This document shows, piece after piece, positions 58,722 through 64,000 of a stretch of 64,000 nt of DNA. Below the pieces are notes generated by a model. The model made no database searches, was not told the origin of the DNA, and saw only the letters and a program-made list of their open reading frames with translations. Source of the stretch: Octopus sinensis (taxonomy: Eukaryota); assembly GCF_006345805.1 (NCBI RefSeq), contig NC_043012.1:43152001-43216000 (forward strand), read 5' to 3'. Positions within the stretch are counted from its first letter, which is position 1; the number at the start of each line of letters is the position of its first letter. The position numbers and the translations under genes are program-made.

Positions 58722-58890
58722 CTTTTACTTGTTTCAGTCATTTGACTGTGGCCTTGCTGGAGCACCGCCTTTAGTCGAGCAAATCGACACCAGGACTTAT
58801 TCTTTGTAAACCTAGTACTTATTCTATCGGTCTCTTTTGCTGAACAGCTAAGTTACGGGGACGTGAATACACCAGCATCGGGGACAAACA
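58722..58890 (-). mobile_element. SINE family B 3' part
   Basis: Similar to 59875-60035. Confidence 0.8.
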
Positions 58891-59596
58891 CATACATACA
58901 CATACATACAAAATTCTTCATATATTTGCCTCACAATTAAAAGCTACTACTACACTTTGTACTTCCTCTACCTCTTAACCCACCCCCATTCATTTATCAT
59001 TTATACTATAATACCTTTCTATCTCTATCCCCACCCCTCCTTTCAAACTATCTCCACTGACCACTGACCAACCTATATCCTAATTTTTTCTTTTTTCTTT
59101 TCCTTATGCCCTTTATTTATACCATCAGGGGTTTTATTCTTTATTATATTTTTTGTTTTTACTAATCTTCTTTCTTCTTTCTCTTTAATTCTTTCTTTCT
59201 CTCCTCTTTTTTCTCCCCCCACCATTTTTTTGTCATTCCTCTCTTCCTGTTTTCAAATTGACCATTCTAATACACTCCCTATTTCTAGGTCAGTTTAAAC
59301 GCAAACCTCGAATCTACTACACTCTATATAAATTCCCTGTTGGGAATTACCAACTTTAAGAGAATCTTACATTGCTTATAAACTCTATATCTGGGTGGAC
59401 TCATATTAAACTCTGTTGGACTTTTGGATTTTACTCAAAGGATATTGGAATATTACACATATATACCATGATGCCTATAAAACGGATTTACGAATTCAAT
59501 AACCATACGTATCTTACATCTATTTTCTTTCCACCACTTCACTCTCTATTTGTATCACATCGAAACTGACTATGACTTAATTTTTCCTCTCACACT

Positions 59597-59651
59597 GTCT
59601 CCGATGAAGGGACATTATTATTAATTAATATCCTGGAAACAGCTGTAAGAC
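59597..59651 (+). ncRNA. Hammerhead ribozyme-like motif (variant core)
   Basis: GTCT-CCGATGAA-GGGACATTA..TAATATCCT-G-GAAA-CAGCTG-TA-AGAC. The core has CCGA instead of CTGA. Confidence 0.72.
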
Positions 59652-59734
59652 CTTCTATCTATAAATGCTCTAATACCTATACAGCCTTGGTTTTTATCTC
59701 ATTACGCAAAAAAAATTCTATCTATCTATCTATC

Positions 59735-59783
<49 letters not shown>

Positions 59784-59798
59784 TATCTATCTATCTAT

Positions 59799-59837
<39 letters not shown>

Positions 59838-59861
59838 CATATATTTTTTAAATATATATTA

Positions 59862-60266
59862 CTCTCTTTTTTACTCTTTTACTTGTTTCAGTCATTTGAC
59901 TGCGGCCATGCTGGAGCACCGCCTTTAGTCGAGCAAATCAACCCCGGGACTTATTCTTTGTAAGCCTAGTACTTATTCTATCGGTCTCTTTTGCCGAACC
60001 GCTAAGCGACGGGAACGTAAACACACCAGCATCGGTTGTCAAGCAATGCTAGGGAGACAAATACAGACACACAAACACACACGCATATACATATACATAT
60101 ATACGACAGGCTTCTTTCAGTTTCCGTCTACCAAATCCACTCACAAGGCATTGGTCGGCCCGGGGCTATAGCAGAAGACACTTGCCCAAGATGCCACGCA
60201 GTGGGACTGAACCCGGAACCATGTGGCTGGTTAGCAAGCTACTTACCACACAGCCACTCCTGCGCC
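59862..60266 (-). mobile_element. tRNA-derived SINE family B, full length
   Basis: Head GGCGCAGGAGTGGCTGTGTGGTAAG..GGGTTCAGTCCC, internal (GT)n, tail GGCGGTGCTCCAGCATGGCCGCAG..(GTAAAAGA)n. Confidence 0.9.
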
Positions 60267-60778
60267 TATATTATTATTATTAATATAAGGAAATCAATAT
60301 TGAACTCATCATAAAGATATACCCGTGTGAAAGACCTTATTGTATTAAAAATATATATAAATAAATAAATATAAATATAATGTATATGACAAATTCGATA
60401 GTTTAAAAGTTTTTAATTAATTTTTTAAGCATCTTACGATCGTTTCATATATACGACGGGCTTCTTTCAGTTTCCGCCTACCAAATCCACTCACAAGGCT
60501 TTTGCAATACATTAGTAAAATTGTTTGGGGTGGCATTCCAGAGAATGAAACAGAAAAGGGATAAGGAAAAAACGGTCTCGTCGTCTAGAACTGTGTAGCT
60601 TGTTTCTTCAAAAAAAATAAAATAAAAAACGCTCAATCATGTTGCAAGTTTAATGACTAGTTGTGTGGAACTATTTCCTTGATATATATATAGGCTCGAA
60701 ATGTAAAACACTTTCTCTTCTTCTCGAGCGTCAAACTAATACAGCTGCTTGTTGTTTTTCTGTAAATTTCAACTATAT

Positions 60779-61190
60779 TCTCTTTTACTCTTTTACTTGT
60801 TTCAGTCATTTGACTGCGGCCATGCTGGAGCACCACCTTTTAGTTGAGCAAATCGACCCCGGGACTTATTCTTTGTAAGCCTAGTACTTATTCTATCGGT
60901 CTCTTTTTGCCGAACCGCTAAGTGACGGGGACATAAACACACCAGCATCGGTTGTCAAGCAATGCTAGGGGGACAAACACAGACACACAAACACATACAC
61001 ATACACACACATATAAATACATATATACGACAGGCTTCTTTCAGTTTCCGTCTACCAAATCCACTTACAAGGCATTGGTCGGCCCGAGGCTATAGCAGAA
61101 GACACTTGCTCAAGATGCCACGCAGTGGGACTGAACCCGGAACCATGTGGTTGGTAAGCAAGCTACTTACCACACAGCCACTCCTGCGCC
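60779..61190 (-). mobile_element. SINE family B, full length
   Basis: Near-identical to 59862-60266. Confidence 0.9.
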
Positions 61191-61214
<24 letters not shown>

Positions 61215-61221
<7 letters not shown>

Positions 61222-61905
61222 TTCTTTTTTTTTTCTAGTTTCAGCTCAGAGCTGCGGCCATGCTGATGCACCGCCGTTTTGTGCTACACTGTTATTACGA
61301 CGAACCTCGTCTAATATGTGGCACTTGGTGAAGAATGGAGTTTGATACAGCTACTCTCATTTGCACCTCTTGCCGTGAGGTAGGTTCATCTGGGACTCTT
61401 GAAAGGAAGATGTCCAGCTTTGATTTAAAAACCGCTACATCTACTTTGTGCAAGTTCCTCAGAGTCTTTGGGAGAATATGAAAAAGCTGTGGGCCCTTGA
61501 AGCCCAGGCTGTTGCAGAAGCTGGTCCTGAAGCGTGATAGCATTGCTGGGATCTTTGGCACTATGCAGTGTCGTCCCGTTCTAGCATTGGTGTAGCTTAC
61601 AATGCCAGAATTTGGCACAATTCCTTCCAGGATCTTCCAGAAATATTACTGCATACCTCTCCCGTCTTCTCTCCAGGGAGTAGAGTCTTAGCTGTTTCAA
61701 CCTTTCCCAGTAGCTGAGCTGTTGCAAAGAGACGATCTTCTTTGTGAATCTCCTCTGGATTGCTTCAAGGTCCGCTGTTAATTTTACACTGGTGGGTGAC
61801 CATAGCTGTGAGCAGTAATCCAGGCGGCTGAGGACAAATGTCCGCCAGAGGACCATCATGGTTTCCTTATCTCTGGTTCTGAATGTTCTTAGGATACATG
61901 TTAGG
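61215..61905 (-). mobile_element. 5'-truncated CR1-group LINE (related to 61941-63165)
   Basis: LDYCSQLWSP, YSLERRRERY and FLSRVPDEP; the same 3' UTR motif ends in a poly-A tail. Confidence 0.9.
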
Positions 61906-61907
61906 AT

Positions 61908-61940
<33 letters not shown>

Positions 61941-61944
<4 letters not shown>

Positions 61945-63165
61945 AAACTGCGTAATCTTGGCATAGTTGGAAAACTGGGAGAATGGCTTCATGACTTTCT
62001 GAAGGATAGAAGTCAGGTGGTAGTAGCCAATGGGGCCACTTCCATTAACACGCAAATAGGTGTTCCGCAGGGCACTGTTTTGGGACCACTACTGTTCATA
62101 ATGGCCCTCTCAGACATGCCCTCAGCCACGCAGATAGCCACGATCACAAGTTATGCAGATGATACAAAAGTTTCACAGGCAATACAGAACCCTGAAGACA
62201 CTAAACACTTGCAATGTGAGCTGGACAAAATATACAAGTGGGCTGAAAAGAATAGCATGCAGTTCAATGCTGAAAAGTTTCAAGCTTTATGCTATCAGCA
62301 CGCAAAACTAAATGCAATACCCAATGAATACACTGGACCCGGAGGGATGCAATCCCAGAGGCACAATCAGTGCGTGACCTGGGTATTTACATGAGTGATG
62401 ACGCAACCTTTCATGTACATGTTGCTAAATTGGCAATGAAATGTAGACGACTGGCCGGATGGATTCTTAGAACCTTTAGAACAAGAGAACAAGAAACCAT
62501 GATGGTCCTCTGGAGGACACTTGTCCTAAGCCACTTTGACTATTGCTCTCAGCTATGGTCACCATCCAGTGTCAAGTTGATCACAGAACTTGAGGCGATC
62601 CAACGAAGCTACACGAAGAAGATAGCCTCTCTGCAGCATATAAGCTACTGGGAAAGACTCAAGAGATTAAAACTCTATTCCTTGGAGCGTAGGCGAGAAA
62701 GATATGCCATAATATACATCTGGAAGATCCTGGAAGGACTTGTCCCAAACTTTGGCATCGACTGTCACACAAATGCCAGAACCGGGCGCCACTGCGTAGT
62801 ACCAAGGACTCCAAATTTGCCATCAAGATGTAGGACAAGATATTGTGATAGCCTGGGCTTCAGAGGCCCACAGCTCTTCAATATCCCCCCCGAAGAACCT
62901 GAGGGACCTGCATGGGGTGGATGCGGATGTCTTTAAAGTAGGACTGGATCTCTTCCTGTCAGGTGTCCCGGATGAACCAACTTCACGGCAGGAGGTGTGG
63001 ATGAGGGCAGCTGCATCGAACTCTCTCATGCACCAAATGGCAGTTGCTAAAAAGCATTCGTGAAGTAAAATGATGTAGCAACACCAAATGGCGGTGCCCC
63101 AGCATGGCCACAGCTCGTGAGCTGAAACTAGATAAAATAAAAAAATAAAATAAAATAAAATAAAA
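61941..63165 (+). mobile_element. 5'-truncated CR1-group LINE
   Basis: GVPQGTVLGPLLF, YADDTK, DYCSQLWSP, LYSLERRRERY; 3' UTR followed by (TAAAA)n. Confidence 0.9.
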
Positions 63166-63183
63166 TATATATATGTATGTATG

Positions 63184-63228
<45 letters not shown>

Positions 63229-63529
63229 ATATATATATATTATATAATATATATATATATATATTATATATATATATATTATATATATATATATTATATA
63301 TATATATATAATATATATATATTGAAGTAGATAAATGAATTATCTTATTACGGATAATTCAAATGATAACCGATACCTGGGTAGCAAAAATCACAACAGA
63401 AAAAGCACGGTTGAGGTTACGACCATGGGGCCTAAAATCCGTGCCTTAGTGCGGAAATTTGAAGTTTTATATATTTAGTGTAGGAAGAAATGGAGCTGAA
63501 CGAAGATTTAACAAAATTCCTTTTTATTA

Positions 63530-63613
63530 TTTTCTACATATGTTTCAAAGGCTGCAAAGTCCCTAATTCGGATTGAATAAGGAGTCCACTTTGCAGCCTT
63601 CTCTTCAGGAAAA
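63530..63613 (-). ncRNA. Minimal type I hammerhead ribozyme (Penelope-type)
   Basis: Minus strand: TTTTC-CTGAAGA-GAAGGCTGCAAAGT[loop]ACTTTGCAGCCTTT-GAAA-CATATG-TA-GAAAA. Full core, 5-bp stem I, 14-bp stem II, palindromic stem III. Confidence 0.88.
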
Positions 63614-64000
63614 TCCAGGAACTTAATTCTCCAACAAAATGCACAGCAAGCTTTTCGACAAAACGCTCACGAGGAGCCCATGGAATAAATGGCACAAACT
63701 GTCTATCTATATGCGTTGACGCCAGGCTGGGTGAAAGCAGACGAGAAGGTCCGTTGAGATAATTCAAGGTCAAAATCCGGTTAGCAGAAGGGGAGTACAG
63801 GAAAATCAAAGAGTGTGAATGTATTCTGTATGACTGGTGTTAATATTTGAATTATTTTAAGAATGAGTGCTAGAGCGTTTGAGTGTGAGAAATTGCTTTC
63901 ATGTATGTGTGTGTGCGTCTATGTATGTGTGGCAGTGTGTTTCGAAGGCAGCAAGAGAGAGAGATATAGCAGGTATTAATGGTCAAGCAACAGAAAAGAC

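Noticed and set aside
59862-61190. tRNA genes
   Set aside because: These are tRNA-like SINE heads without a full cloverleaf, attached to SINE bodies.

Overview
AT-rich, microsatellite-dense eukaryotic DNA. The SINE/LINE repertoire looks molluscan, most likely an octopus (inference from repeat families, not proven). There is a 100-N assembly gap at 5542-5641. Only one host gene is supported: an intronless group-A bHLH transcription factor (8271-9170, minus). The rest is mostly mobile DNA. It includes a cluster of R4/Dong-type RLE LINEs sitting in (AAT)n tracts (one with an intact 1166-aa ORF), a decayed Penelope-like element (RT + GIY-YIG), CR1-group LINEs, and Tx1/L1-type RT fragments beside a head-to-tail array of ORF1-only units. 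It also has a Gypsy element carrying nested SINE, LTR-like and mariner insertions, Chapaev3-, Merlin- and Helitron-like remnants, and three SINE families. Signals the ORF track does not show: (1) several Penelope-type minimal hammerhead ribozyme motifs with different palindromic stem III sequences, one split by a 2.3-kb microsatellite+LINE insertion; (2) two SINE-LINE 3' tail partnerships visible inside the window; (3) a 23-bp tandem array built from LINE coding sequence at a 5' truncation junction; (4) three fold-back inverted duplications at retroelement ends.
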